Assembly (NCBI GenBank): GCA_965217775.1
Contig: CBDCJH010000002.1
Span: 5,728,001-5,792,000, forward strand
Direction of reading: 5' to 3'
DNA length: 64,000 bases
DNA from: Acidobacteriota bacterium
GTDB lineage: Bacteria > Acidobacteriota > UBA6911 > RPQK01 > JAJDTT01
This document shows, one piece after another, positions 20,050 to 29,515 of this stretch. A program made the position numbers and the translations under genes. Position 1 is the first letter of the stretch, and the number at the start of each line of letters is the position of its first letter. The notes below the pieces were generated by a model. The model worked only from the letters and a program-made list of their open reading frames with translations. It ran no database searches and had not been told where the DNA came from.

Positions 20050-21389
20050 AGAAACAGAACCGGCGAGGTTTTCTGACGCGCTCGGCGGCGCTTACGGGTG
20101 GGGCGGCTCTGGCCGCGGGGCGCCCTGCGTCCGCCCTTTCCTCGGCCCGGACGGCGGGGGCCAACGACCGGATACGGCTTGGAGTGATCGGCTGTGGCGG
20201 CCGGGGGCGAGGCGATCTCCGGCGGTTTCTCGAAATCGACGGGATCCAGTGCGCGGCCATCTGCGACGTGGATCATTCGCAGATGGACCGGACCCAGTCC
20301 GAGATTCTGGACCCCGCCGGCCAGAAGGCCGAGTTCCGGACCCAGGACTTCCGGCGCCTTCTGGATCGGCAGGACCTGGACGCCGTCCTGGTGGCCACTC
20401 CCGATCACTGGCACGCCATTCCCACCGTCATGGCCTGCGAAGCGGGGATGGACGTCTACGTGGAAAAGCCTCTGTCTCTGACCATCCACGAGGGCCGGGT
20501 CATGGTGGACGCGGCGCGCAGGCACGGCCGGGTCGTCCAGATGGGGACCCAGCAGCGGAGTGCTCCCCACTACACCGACGCGGTGGATTACGTGAAGAGC
20601 GGGAAACTGGGGAAGATCCGGCTGGTCCGGGCCTGGGCCTACCTGGACTGGAAAGGGGAGATGCCGGCTCAGCCGGACGGGCCTCCTCCCCCGGGGGTGG
20701 ATTACGACATGTGGTTGGGACCGGCTTCCGAACGTCCGTTCAACCTGAATCGCTTTCATTTTTCGTTCCGCTGGTACTGGGCCTACTCCGGCGGCCTCAT
20801 GACCGACTGGGGCGCGCACATGATCGACATCGCCAACTGGGCCATGGACGTGAAGGCGCCCCGGGCGGCGGTCTCGGTGGGAGGAAAGTTCGGCTATCCC
20901 CGGGACGCCATGGAGACGCCCGATACCCAACAGGTGATCTGGGAATTCGACGATTTCAGCATGGTCTGGGAACATGCGCTGGGCGTGGGGCGCGGCCCGG
21001 AGGCGCGGGAGCACGGTGTCCAGTTCCATGGGAACGATGGTGTGCTGGTGGTCGACCGCAACGGATGGGAGGTTCATTCTGAAACCGACAGGATCGACAA
21101 GTCCGTGCGCGAGTTCCGGTCCCGCGGCAAGCCGCGGCACAACATTCGAGGCCGGGGCGCCTACCACCTGGGACACGTCCAGGACTTCGTCGACTGCATG
21201 CGCTCCAGGGAACGCCCCCGATCGGACGTGGAGATCGGTCACGATTCCATGATCGCCTGCCACCTCGGCAACATCGCCTACCGGCTCGGCCGCGGGGTTC
21301 AATGGGACCCGGAACGGGAGCGGGTCGTCGACGATCCGGAGGCCGAGCGCATGGTCCGGACCAGCTACCGGAAGCCCTGGAAACTGTAG
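20046..21389 (+). CDS. Gfo/Idh/MocA oxidoreductase with Tat signal
   Basis: NRRGFL signal, GVIGCGGRG, ATPDHWH, VYVEKP, DWGAHMID. Confidence 0.92.
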   Translation: MKKQNRRGFLTRSAALTGGAALAAGRPASALSSARTAGANDRIRLGVIGCGGRGRGDLRRFLEIDGIQCAAICDVDHSQMDRTQSEILDPAGQKAEFRTQDFRRLLDRQDLDAVLVATPDHWHAIPTVMACEAGMDVYVEKPLSLTIHEGRVMVDAARRHGRVVQMGTQQRSAPHYTDAVDYVKSGKLGKIRLVRAWAYLDWKGEMPAQPDGPPPPGVDYDMWLGPASERPFNLNRFHFSFRWYWAYSGGLMTDWGAHMIDIANWAMDVKAPRAAVSVGGKFGYPRDAMETPDTQQVIWEFDDFSMVWEHALGVGRGPEAREHGVQFHGNDGVLVVDRNGWEVHSETDRIDKSVREFRSRGKPRHNIRGRGAYHLGHVQDFVDCMRSRERPRSDVEIGHDSMIACHLGNIAYRLGRGVQWDPERERVVDDPEAERMVRTSYRKPWKL

Positions 21390-21441
21390 AAAGACGAGAA
21401 TTAAGGAGTGAGGAACGAGGAGTGAGAGATAAGGAAGTCGA

Positions 21442-22905
21442 GTGCCGGTGACAAAGCCCGGTGATCAGGAACCCGTCCGGTATCCGGAGCTCTCGCCTCA
21501 GCTCCGCGATCGTTCCCTGATGGGAATGCTCAAGCTTTTCGGCCCGGGCGCCATCATCGCCTCGGTCACGATCGGAAGCGGGGAGACCGTATTCGCTTCC
21601 CGGGGCGGCGCCGTCTTCGGTTATTCCCTGTTCTGGTGTTTTCTGGTCGGCTCCGCGTTGAAGGGCCTCCAGGTCTATACCGGCGCCCGGTTCATCACCT
21701 TGACCGGACGCCATCCCCTGCAGAGTTGGATGGAGCTGCCGGGTCCCCGCGGCTGGTTCGTCCTCTTCGTCTCCGTCATGACCATCGTCTGGATGCCCTT
21801 TTGGGTGGGCGGGGGACTCCCCAAGATGCTGGGAGAGTTCACCAACTGGGTGGTCGGTTTCCCGGACCCGGAAAACACGTCCGACTACGTCTTCTTCGGT
21901 CGACTGTGGGGGACCTTCTTCATCCTGGTGGCGGTGACCCTCACCTGGGTTCAGAGCTACGGTTTCCTGGAGCGGGTGCAGACGGTCCTGGTGGGTCTGC
22001 TGCTGCTGTGCATGGTCCTGGCGGCCGCCGTCTCCAGCCCCGATCTCCTGGCCCTGTTGGGGGGCACCCTGATCCCCACCCCGCCCAGATACGACGGCTG
22101 GGTCCTGGAACGGTTTGCCGAATTCCGGGGGCGCAATCCCTGGGTGGAGATGGTCACCTACCTGGGGGCGGTGGGGGGCGGGACCCAGGACTATCTGGGA
22201 TACGTGGGGATGCTTCGTGAGAAGGCCTGGGGGCTTCTGGGCAGTCGGCGTGAGGGTCCCATCGAATCGAGCCGGGAAAACTTGAAACGGGGCTTGGCCT
22301 GGCTTCGGGCCCCGCGCACCGACGTAGCGGTATCGTTTATCTGCATCTTCATCTTCACTCTCTGTTTCGCCGTCCTGGGCGCCACCATCCTCTATCCCCG
22401 GCAGCAGATCCCAAGCGGGTTCGACCTGTTGACCCTCCAGTTGGGTTACCTGGTCCGTCCGGACCAGTCTCCCCTGGTTCAGACGCTGCTCGCCTGGCTC
22501 TACAAGACCGGAATCTTTTTCGCGTTCTTCGGCACCATCTACGGCGCCTACGAACTCTACAGCCGGACCACCCGGGAATGCCTGGTCGCGCTCTTCCCGT
22601 CGCTACGGAAGGTTCCCCTGAAGAAGTTCCGGCTCTGGACGATTCTCTGGTGCGCGCTGCCCGGCCTGGGCCTGCTCTGGTTTCTGGAGCGGGACCCCGT
22701 CTACATCGTGACTCCTGCGGCCCTGGTGGGTTCGGGTCTCATCTGTGGCCTCTGGTGCTTCGCCATGCTCTGGTCGGACCGAAACCACCTCCCGAAGGAA
22801 CTGCGGATGAGATGGCCGCTATGGCTGGGCACACTCGCCGCCGGGATCGGACTGACGGTGATCCCCCTGATCGGGATCGTGAAGTACGTGCAGAGCTTTC
22901 TCTGA
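21442..22905 (+). CDS. Nramp-like (APC superfamily) transporter
   Basis: GPGAIIASVTIGSGE in TM1; about 11 TM segments. Confidence 0.75.
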   Translation: MPVTKPGDQEPVRYPELSPQLRDRSLMGMLKLFGPGAIIASVTIGSGETVFASRGGAVFGYSLFWCFLVGSALKGLQVYTGARFITLTGRHPLQSWMELPGPRGWFVLFVSVMTIVWMPFWVGGGLPKMLGEFTNWVVGFPDPENTSDYVFFGRLWGTFFILVAVTLTWVQSYGFLERVQTVLVGLLLLCMVLAAAVSSPDLLALLGGTLIPTPPRYDGWVLERFAEFRGRNPWVEMVTYLGAVGGGTQDYLGYVGMLREKAWGLLGSRREGPIESSRENLKRGLAWLRAPRTDVAVSFICIFIFTLCFAVLGATILYPRQQIPSGFDLLTLQLGYLVRPDQSPLVQTLLAWLYKTGIFFAFFGTIYGAYELYSRTTRECLVALFPSLRKVPLKKFRLWTILWCALPGLGLLWFLERDPVYIVTPAALVGSGLICGLWCFAMLWSDRNHLPKELRMRWPLWLGTLAAGIGLTVIPLIGIVKYVQSFL

Positions 22906-22921
22906 GTTCTCAGATCACGCG

Positions 22922-23968
22922 CTACCGCGGGGGCAACTGGTAGCCCTCCCGCTTGACGTGGATCCGGTAGACACTCTTTCCCGCCGTAATGTAGAGCGTC
23001 CTGTTCTCGGTTCCGCGTCCGAAGCCCACGTTGGTGGGAAGTTCGGTGGGAACGAACGCCAGCTCCTCGCCTTCGGGGGAGTAGACGGCGACCCCGGGAC
23101 GCGTCACGTCGCGCACGGTCACATAGAGATTGCCGTCCACGTCCACCACCAGACCGTCAGGGCCATCCTGGGGCGAGTAGTCCACCAGGACCTCCCGAAA
23201 GCTGGCCGAGCCGTCGGGAGCCAGGTCGTAAGCCAGCAACGCCATTCGGTTCTTGAGGGTCGGCCGACCCTCTCCCAGGCGGAACATGCCAGTGGCGCCA
23301 TTGTCGTTGCTGACCACGTAAAGGGTCTTCTGGTCGGGGGAGACGGCGACGCCGTTGGGCTTGCCCGCATCGCTGACGATCCGGTGCACCGACCCGTCGG
23401 TGTCGATCCGATACACGCCCATGACGGGTTGGTCCACGCTTTCGTGACCCAGATAGCGGGGGTCGCTGAAGTAGATGCGCCCCTTTTCGTCGATGGTGAT
23501 GTCGTTGGGGGCATTGAAGCGTCGGCCGTCGTACATTCCCGCGATGATGGTGCTCTTTCCGGTCTTCATGTCGGTGCGGATCACCCGCCGCCCGCCGAAA
23601 TCGGCGCCTTCGGCAATGACCATGTCGCCTCTGGCATCGAATTTGATGCCGTTGGACATGCCGCTGGGGGAGCGGAAGATGCTGGTCTCTCCGGTCCTGG
23701 GATCGTACTTCCAGATGTGTCCGGCTTCGGGTTGACCCTGTTCATTCTGACATTTGGCCGTGAAGGTGATGTCGCTGAAGTAGATGGTGCCGTCGGGAGC
23801 CCCCGCGACGCCCTCGGTGAGAATGCACCCCCCTTCGAAGATCTTCTCCAGGGTGACTCCGGCCGCAATGATGCTGGGATCGCCGGAGGGGAACTGGGCC
23901 AGGCCCGGCTGGCTCAAGACCAGGCAGGCCAGGGACCCGAGGATCAGATTTCGGATTTTTAGAACCAT
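22922..23968 (-). CDS. SMP-30/gluconolactonase family protein, exported
   Basis: Signal peptide; TEG, SNG, PND, PNG, PDG blade motifs. Confidence 0.9.
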   Translation of the reverse strand: MVLKIRNLILGSLACLVLSQPGLAQFPSGDPSIIAAGVTLEKIFEGGCILTEGVAGAPDGTIYFSDITFTAKCQNEQGQPEAGHIWKYDPRTGETSIFRSPSGMSNGIKFDARGDMVIAEGADFGGRRVIRTDMKTGKSTIIAGMYDGRRFNAPNDITIDEKGRIYFSDPRYLGHESVDQPVMGVYRIDTDGSVHRIVSDAGKPNGVAVSPDQKTLYVVSNDNGATGMFRLGEGRPTLKNRMALLAYDLAPDGSASFREVLVDYSPQDGPDGLVVDVDGNLYVTVRDVTRPGVAVYSPEGEELAFVPTELPTNVGFGRGTENRTLYITAGKSVYRIHVKREGYQLPPR

Positions 23969-24086
23969 CGAACTCTCCTTTCATTTGGTGTCGTGAAGGA
24001 CACCGCCTGCTCTCCGCAGGTTAGCACCTGAGAACCTTCGGCAAAAGTCATTGCCGGATTCGGCCGGCGCAGGGTAGGCGTGCCCA

Positions 24087-24109
24087 GGAGGGGCGATTTC
24101 CAGTCGCCC
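24087..24109 (+). repeat. REP-like palindrome
   Basis: GGAG-GGGCGA-TTTCCAG-TCGCCC; loop resembles the TTTCCA loop of the REP at 9478-9501. Confidence 0.4.
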
Positions 24110-24191
24110 GTTCCTCCGGTTTGCCCGTTGTCGGGACGAAAGATACAATCCTCCGAAAGATCGAAGCGGGTGATAATGGGAGGAGCCGCAG

Positions 24192-25115
24192 ATGAGACAG
24201 CCCAACATCGGGACCAGGATTCTATTGCCGCTTGCCGCTGTTGCGCTGTGCTCGGGGATGGTCGCGGCGCTGATTTCTTCCGAGTCGGGATCGCTGGCGG
24301 AGCTGGCGCCCGGAGTCTATTTTCGCGAGGGGGATCTGGAACACCAGGGCCATTGCAACAACGGGATCGTGGTCTTCAGGGAATTTGTCGTGGTCATCGA
24401 CGCCAACTTCCCCAATGGCGCCGAGGCCTGTCTGGCAGACATCCGCAAGGTCACCGGGAAGCCGGTCCGCCTGGTCTTCGACACCCATCATCATGGTGAC
24501 CACGCCTATGGGAATCCGGTCTGGGTCGCCAACGGAGCCTTGACGGTCGCACACGAGAACGTGGTCCAGGAGATGGATCGTTACGAGCCGCTCCGCTGGG
24601 AGGAGGAAGCCGCCAAACGAAAGGACGTCGCCGCGTTGGGGCTCAGGAGTGCTCAGCCCCCCATCGTGACCTATCCGGACCGGTTGGTCATCGACGACGG
24701 GACTCAGCGCCTGGAACTGCTCCACTTCGGAACGGCTCACACCCGAGGCGACGGTTTTGCCTATCTGCCCCGGCATCGGATCCTCTTTACCGGAGACGCC
24801 GTGGTCAACGGTCCCTACAATTACATGGGGGACGGGGACACCCACTCCTGGATCGGCGTCATCGAAGCGCTCGAAAAGCTTCGGGTCGAGACCGTCGCTC
24901 CGGGACACGGACCCGCCACGGACCGTTCGCTTCTGGGCAAGCAGAAGGCCTTCATCCGCGCGCTGCACCGCGAGGTGGCGCTGGGACTGTCGGCTGGGAA
25001 GAGCCTCCAGGACCTGCAGGACTCCATCCGGCTCCCGGATTCGGTTCGCCTCCACGTGGGAAGTTGGTTCGAGTCCCAGATCGCCAAGGTCTACAGCGAG
25101 AAGACGGCGCCCTGA
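24192..25115 (+). CDS. MBL-fold metallo-hydrolase (cyclase-like), exported
   Basis: THHHGDH, AHTRGD, FTGD, PGHG; N-terminal signal. Confidence 0.9.
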   Translation: MRQPNIGTRILLPLAAVALCSGMVAALISSESGSLAELAPGVYFREGDLEHQGHCNNGIVVFREFVVVIDANFPNGAEACLADIRKVTGKPVRLVFDTHHHGDHAYGNPVWVANGALTVAHENVVQEMDRYEPLRWEEEAAKRKDVAALGLRSAQPPIVTYPDRLVIDDGTQRLELLHFGTAHTRGDGFAYLPRHRILFTGDAVVNGPYNYMGDGDTHSWIGVIEALEKLRVETVAPGHGPATDRSLLGKQKAFIRALHREVALGLSAGKSLQDLQDSIRLPDSVRLHVGSWFESQIAKVYSEKTAP

Positions 25116-25154
25116 CCGGTCTTCCCCGTTGGGCGGAATGTGTTCCTCCCCGGA

Positions 25155-26456
25155 TCACCCGCCCAACACCTTGACGGCCGAGAAGTATCCGCTGACCGCC
25201 GCCACGGCGAACAGGAACCCCACCAGTACGTTCTCCCACCAGCGGTTGCAGTGCTCGGCCCCGATGTGGACTCGGCGAGCCGTCAGGATCCAGACCCCGA
25301 TCACCAGGAAGGGAAGGACCACCACCTGCGCCGCGTTGACCGTCACCGTCAGACCCACGAAGTCCGAGTACCCCAGGAACACCCAGATCAGGGGTGAGAG
25401 AACCACCCAGTAGGTGGCCCAACGGAAGCTGGGATGCCGCTTGTAGTCGCCGGCGCAGGCCTCTCGGGCCGAGGGCCGAAGCTGAATATAGGCGTCCGCG
25501 ATGAGCAGGGCATACGCGGTGCCGTTCCCCACCATGGAACTGAACAGGGCCGCGAACACGCCGAAATAGAAGAGAACGGAGCCCAGGTCGCCCATGGTTT
25601 CGCCCAGGAGTCGCGAGAGGCTCTCCAGGTCCACCACCTGGATGTTTCTGGGGTGGAGAATCTCGGCTCCCACGACCCAGATGGAGAGGTCCAGGACGAT
25701 GAGAACGATGATGCCCAATATCAGGTCGTATCGCTGAACCCGGCGGTGGTCCGGAGTCGTCCATCCCTTTTCCCGCATGAAGTAGGGATACAGGAGGTTT
25801 CCCAGGCTGCCGGCGATGGCCCCCACCATGGCCACCATGAGGAATACGGCGTCGAATCGCCCCAGAGTCTCGGGAACCTGTAGTCCCAGAATTCCCCTGG
25901 CGATACCTCCAGCCGACGGACCGGACCAGCCGGCCAGTCCGATCAGGGAAACCGACAGGGCCCCGGCCAGAACGAAAAAGATCGCTTCGATTCTCCGGTA
26001 GTCGGGCCGGAACACCAGCAGCAGAACGGTCAGGGCCAGAGCCGCGCCCCAGGCTGGAATGCTGCCGATTCCCGTGACCTTGATGCAGATCTCGGCCGTT
26101 CCCACCAGTAGAAAAACGCCGATGCCGTGGGTGAGCAACAACGTCCCCGTCAGGACCATCAATGCGAAGAGGGGATGCAGCCGCCCCAGGCCCGCCATTA
26201 CCGTCTCACCCCGGCGGTTGCAGAGCTGGTATTTGGCGATGATGGAGACGAACAGATAGCGGAGGATCAGACAGAGGGCGAAGGCCCACATGAGGGAGTA
26301 GCCGTAGTTGCCTCCCGCCATGGCCGACTCGACGATGTCCCCGGCTCCCAGCCAGGTCAGGACGACCACGATCCCGGGTCCCATGGACCGGACGTATTCC
26401 AGAAAGGAGCGGGGAATGGGAGCCGGCGTATAGGCCGGGCTATCTTCTCCTCTCAC
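25155..26456 (-). CDS. Nramp-like (APC superfamily) transporter
   Basis: MGPGIVVVLTWLGAGD, GGNYGYSLMW; multi-TM. Confidence 0.78.
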   Translation of the reverse strand: MRGEDSPAYTPAPIPRSFLEYVRSMGPGIVVVLTWLGAGDIVESAMAGGNYGYSLMWAFALCLILRYLFVSIIAKYQLCNRRGETVMAGLGRLHPLFALMVLTGTLLLTHGIGVFLLVGTAEICIKVTGIGSIPAWGAALALTVLLLVFRPDYRRIEAIFFVLAGALSVSLIGLAGWSGPSAGGIARGILGLQVPETLGRFDAVFLMVAMVGAIAGSLGNLLYPYFMREKGWTTPDHRRVQRYDLILGIIVLIVLDLSIWVVGAEILHPRNIQVVDLESLSRLLGETMGDLGSVLFYFGVFAALFSSMVGNGTAYALLIADAYIQLRPSAREACAGDYKRHPSFRWATYWVVLSPLIWVFLGYSDFVGLTVTVNAAQVVVLPFLVIGVWILTARRVHIGAEHCNRWWENVLVGFLFAVAAVSGYFSAVKVLGG

Positions 26457-26497
26457 TATTCACCTCTCTTTTCATTCTCTTTTCCTTCTGCGCGGAT

Positions 26498-27403
26498 CTA
26501 CCCACGCAGCAGCAGGACCAGTATGCCCGTCACGACCAGCAGGACTCCCAGCACCTCCCGTCCTGTGACTCGCTCCCGAAAGAAAGCGGCGGTCACCACG
26601 AAGGCGAAGAGCAGCTCCACTTGTCCCAGAGCCTTCACATGGGCGGCGTTTCGAATCGTCATGGCCGTGAACCAGCAGGCGGACGCAGACATTCCGGCCA
26701 GACCGACGGCGCTGGAAATCCTCCAGGACCTGAAGACCAGGGTCAACTGTCCCGGCTCCCTCACCCGCAGGTAGAGGCCCATGGTCACGGTCTGCAACAA
26801 GAGGGCGACTGCGAGGGTGCACGCTGCGGAAGCGACGAAGCAGCCGCCCAGGGAGAGGCTGGCGGCCCGATAGGAGACGGCGGCCAGACCGAATCCGGCG
26901 CCACTGGCCAATCCGATTCCGGCCGTTCTTCGGAACAGTGAAGAGATGAGCTCCCGGACGCCCAACTCCCGTTTGGCGAGGGCCAACAGCATGACGCCTG
27001 CCAAGCTCACGACGATGGCCAGCAGCGCCCATGGAGTCATCGTGTCCGAAAGGATGAGCATTCCGGCGGCGGCCGCCTGGATCGTCTCCGTCTTCGAGTA
27101 AGCCGTGGCGACGACGAAGTTTCGGAATGAAAAAAGGTGGATCAGGAGCGCCGTCGCGGCGATCTGGGCCGCGGAGCCCAGGATGGCGAAGAACAGGAAC
27201 CGGCGGTTGAGCTCGGGGAAATCATACCCGGCGCCGTAACGGAGGATCGCCAGATAGATGAGGACGAAGGGCAGGGCATAGACAAAACGCACATAGGCTG
27301 CCGCCGAAGTGCTCAACGATCCCTTGAGGTGTTTCTGGAGCGACGACCGGACGTTCTGAAGAAACGCCGCCGCGATGGTGATGGGGACCCATATCTCGAA
27401 CAA
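26498..27403 (-). CDS. EamA/DMT family transporter
   Basis: TTG start after AAGGAG; WVPITIAAAFLQNVR, YSKTE, KALGQVEL; about 10 TM. Confidence 0.85.
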   Translation of the reverse strand: MFEIWVPITIAAAFLQNVRSSLQKHLKGSLSTSAAAYVRFVYALPFVLIYLAILRYGAGYDFPELNRRFLFFAILGSAAQIAATALLIHLFSFRNFVVATAYSKTETIQAAAAGMLILSDTMTPWALLAIVVSLAGVMLLALAKRELGVRELISSLFRRTAGIGLASGAGFGLAAVSYRAASLSLGGCFVASAACTLAVALLLQTVTMGLYLRVREPGQLTLVFRSWRISSAVGLAGMSASACWFTAMTIRNAAHVKALGQVELLFAFVVTAAFFRERVTGREVLGVLLVVTGILVLLLRG

Positions 27404-27620
27404 CGACTCAGGTTCTCCTTTCCGGCAACGCGCCCAGGTCGCGCGATCATTGGATATTGGGCGAAAGCTCGCCAACTCTCAAACCTCGGGAGCACTCGGG
27501 ACGTTTCCTCGGGTTTCACATGGCCGGGGTGTCTGAGAGACACGTACTGAAGCTGCCCGGAGTGCGGAGGATCGGGAGGTACATATATATTTGTCGAAAA
27601 GAAGACGCGGAGGAAGTCCG

Positions 27621-28370
27621 ATGCCGAGATTCACGGATCGTGTAGCCATCGTCACCGGTGGGGCAGAGGGCCTCGGGTTTGGGATTGCCCGACGGCTCGG
27701 AGGCGAAGGGGCAAGGATCACCATCGTCGACGTGAACGCCGACCTGGCCGATCGGGCGTCAACGGCGCTCGTCCAGGAGGGGATCGCGACTGAGGTGGTG
27801 ATCGGCGATGTGGGAGACGAGGAAACGGCTCGGCAGGCGGTGCGGCAGTCCACCGGCCGCTGGGAACGCATCGACATTCTGGTCAACAATGCAGGTGTCG
27901 GGAGCCCTGTTGCCAGGACGTGGGAAATGCCGGTCGAGGAGATGGACCGCATCTACCGGACCAACCTCCGCGGCGTGTTCTCGTTCTGTCATCACGTGAT
28001 TCCGTACATGATGAAACGGGACTACGGCCGCATCGTCAACATCTCCTCCGCTTCCGGCAAGGAAGGGGTCGCCGGGGCCGTGCCCTATGCCGCGACCAAG
28101 GCCGGCGTGATCAGCCTGACCAAGTCGATCGGCCTGGAACTGGCGAAAACGGGCATTCGCGTGAACTGCGTCACTCCCGGCGCGGTCATGACCCGTTTGC
28201 TGGAAAGGCTGACGAAGGAGCGGATTGCCGGCATGATCACGCGGATTCCCATGGGGCGTACCGGGACGGTGTCCGAGGTCGCGGCACTCGTCGCCTGGCT
28301 GGCATCGGAGGAGTGCTCCTACAGCACCGGAGCGGTCTTCGACGTCAGCGGCGGCCGGACCACCTATTGA
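27621..28370 (+). CDS. Short-chain dehydrogenase/reductase
   Basis: TGGAEGLG, NNAG, YAATK, VNCVTPG. Confidence 0.93.
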   Translation: MPRFTDRVAIVTGGAEGLGFGIARRLGGEGARITIVDVNADLADRASTALVQEGIATEVVIGDVGDEETARQAVRQSTGRWERIDILVNNAGVGSPVARTWEMPVEEMDRIYRTNLRGVFSFCHHVIPYMMKRDYGRIVNISSASGKEGVAGAVPYAATKAGVISLTKSIGLELAKTGIRVNCVTPGAVMTRLLERLTKERIAGMITRIPMGRTGTVSEVAALVAWLASEECSYSTGAVFDVSGGRTTY

Positions 28371-28393
28371 GCAGGAGTGTTGACGGGCAGGGG

Positions 28394-29515
28394 ATGCCGA
28401 GACGCGGCCGAAAGAGCGGGATCTCGTCACAGACGGCCAGGCTGCACGACCTCGACGCGTTGCGCGCCGCAGCCATGCTGCTCGTCGTCGTGTTGCACGC
28501 GTTGTGTTTCCTGATGCCCTTTTCCGACCTCTGGCCGGCGAAACATCCGTACGCCGAGGACACGGAACCTCTCTACAACCCCTACGCGTACCTGGGAAGC
28601 GCTCTGTTGGGGTTTCTGATGCCGCTGTTCTTCATCCTGAGCGGATATTTCTCGGCCCTGCAGTGGCGGCGGCGAGGGCTGGCACAGATGGTTCTGGTTC
28701 GCCTCCAGCAGATCGGCCTACCCTTGCTGGCCGGGCTGTTCACAGTCATCCCGATCACTTACTGGGCTTTCTCGGAAAGTGGCGTCGAGTCGGTCGCCTG
28801 GCCGGGGCGCTTCTACCATCTCTGGTTTCTCTGGTACCTGTTGCTGATCGTGGGAACTTTCGCCATCGCCGCCAAGCTGGGCCTGCGGTTTCGTCGTCCC
28901 CTGTGGTGGCTGCTCGTCGCGGTGCCTGTCGTACCTCAGTATTTCATGCGCCAGATCCTGGGTGCCGACCTTTCCACCGTCATCGTGCCCGTACCCGCCA
29001 TACTCGGCTACTACCTGGTGTTTTTCGCGTTTGGAGTCTTGCTTTACCAACGGCGTGTCGTGGTGCGCCGGTGGTGGGCCACGACGCTCCTCCCGGCCCT
29101 CCTCGTCATGCCATTGGCGCTGGTGTTCCTGTATCCCGAGAGGATTGAATTCGTTGACCCGGAAGGGGCCTGGGTGCCGGTAGTCGCAGCAGTCTTACAG
29201 GTTGCGTATACCTGGCTGGCGTGCTTCGGAATGATGGGACTCTTCCGATGGTTGGCTTCGCGAGAGCGGACCTGGGCACGGTATGTCTCGGACGCATCCT
29301 ACTGGATCTACCTGGCTCATCTCCCTCTGGTGATCTGGGCGCAGATGCTGGCCGTGGACAGGTTGGTCAATCCTCACTTGGCATTCGTGTTGATCTGTGT
29401 GACCGTGCCGGGTCTCCTCTTGGCGGTGTATGAATGGGGGGTACGCTATACCTGGATCGGGACGATGTTGAACGGTAAGCGAGTCCGCGTTCGCCCCGTG
29501 CTTTCAGACGGGTGA
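28394..29515 (+). CDS. Acyltransferase-3 family membrane protein (OpgC/MdoC-like)
   Basis: DLDALRAAAMLLVVVLH, MPLFFILSG, HLWFLWYL, ASYWIYLAH. Confidence 0.88.
   Translation: MPRRGRKSGISSQTARLHDLDALRAAAMLLVVVLHALCFLMPFSDLWPAKHPYAEDTEPLYNPYAYLGSALLGFLMPLFFILSGYFSALQWRRRGLAQMVLVRLQQIGLPLLAGLFTVIPITYWAFSESGVESVAWPGRFYHLWFLWYLLLIVGTFAIAAKLGLRFRRPLWWLLVAVPVVPQYFMRQILGADLSTVIVPVPAILGYYLVFFAFGVLLYQRRVVVRRWWATTLLPALLVMPLALVFLYPERIEFVDPEGAWVPVVAAVLQVAYTWLACFGMMGLFRWLASRERTWARYVSDASYWIYLAHLPLVIWAQMLAVDRLVNPHLAFVLICVTVPGLLLAVYEWGVRYTWIGTMLNGKRVRVRPVLSDG

Noticed and set aside
27526-27560. GGGGTGTCTGAGA as a TPP riboswitch
   Set aside because: The downstream conserved CTGAT...GCG.AGGGA elements are absent
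27920-29515. 531-aa ORF as an SDR-acyltransferase fusion
   Set aside because: The first 158 codons overlap the SDR in another frame; the real start is likely 28394
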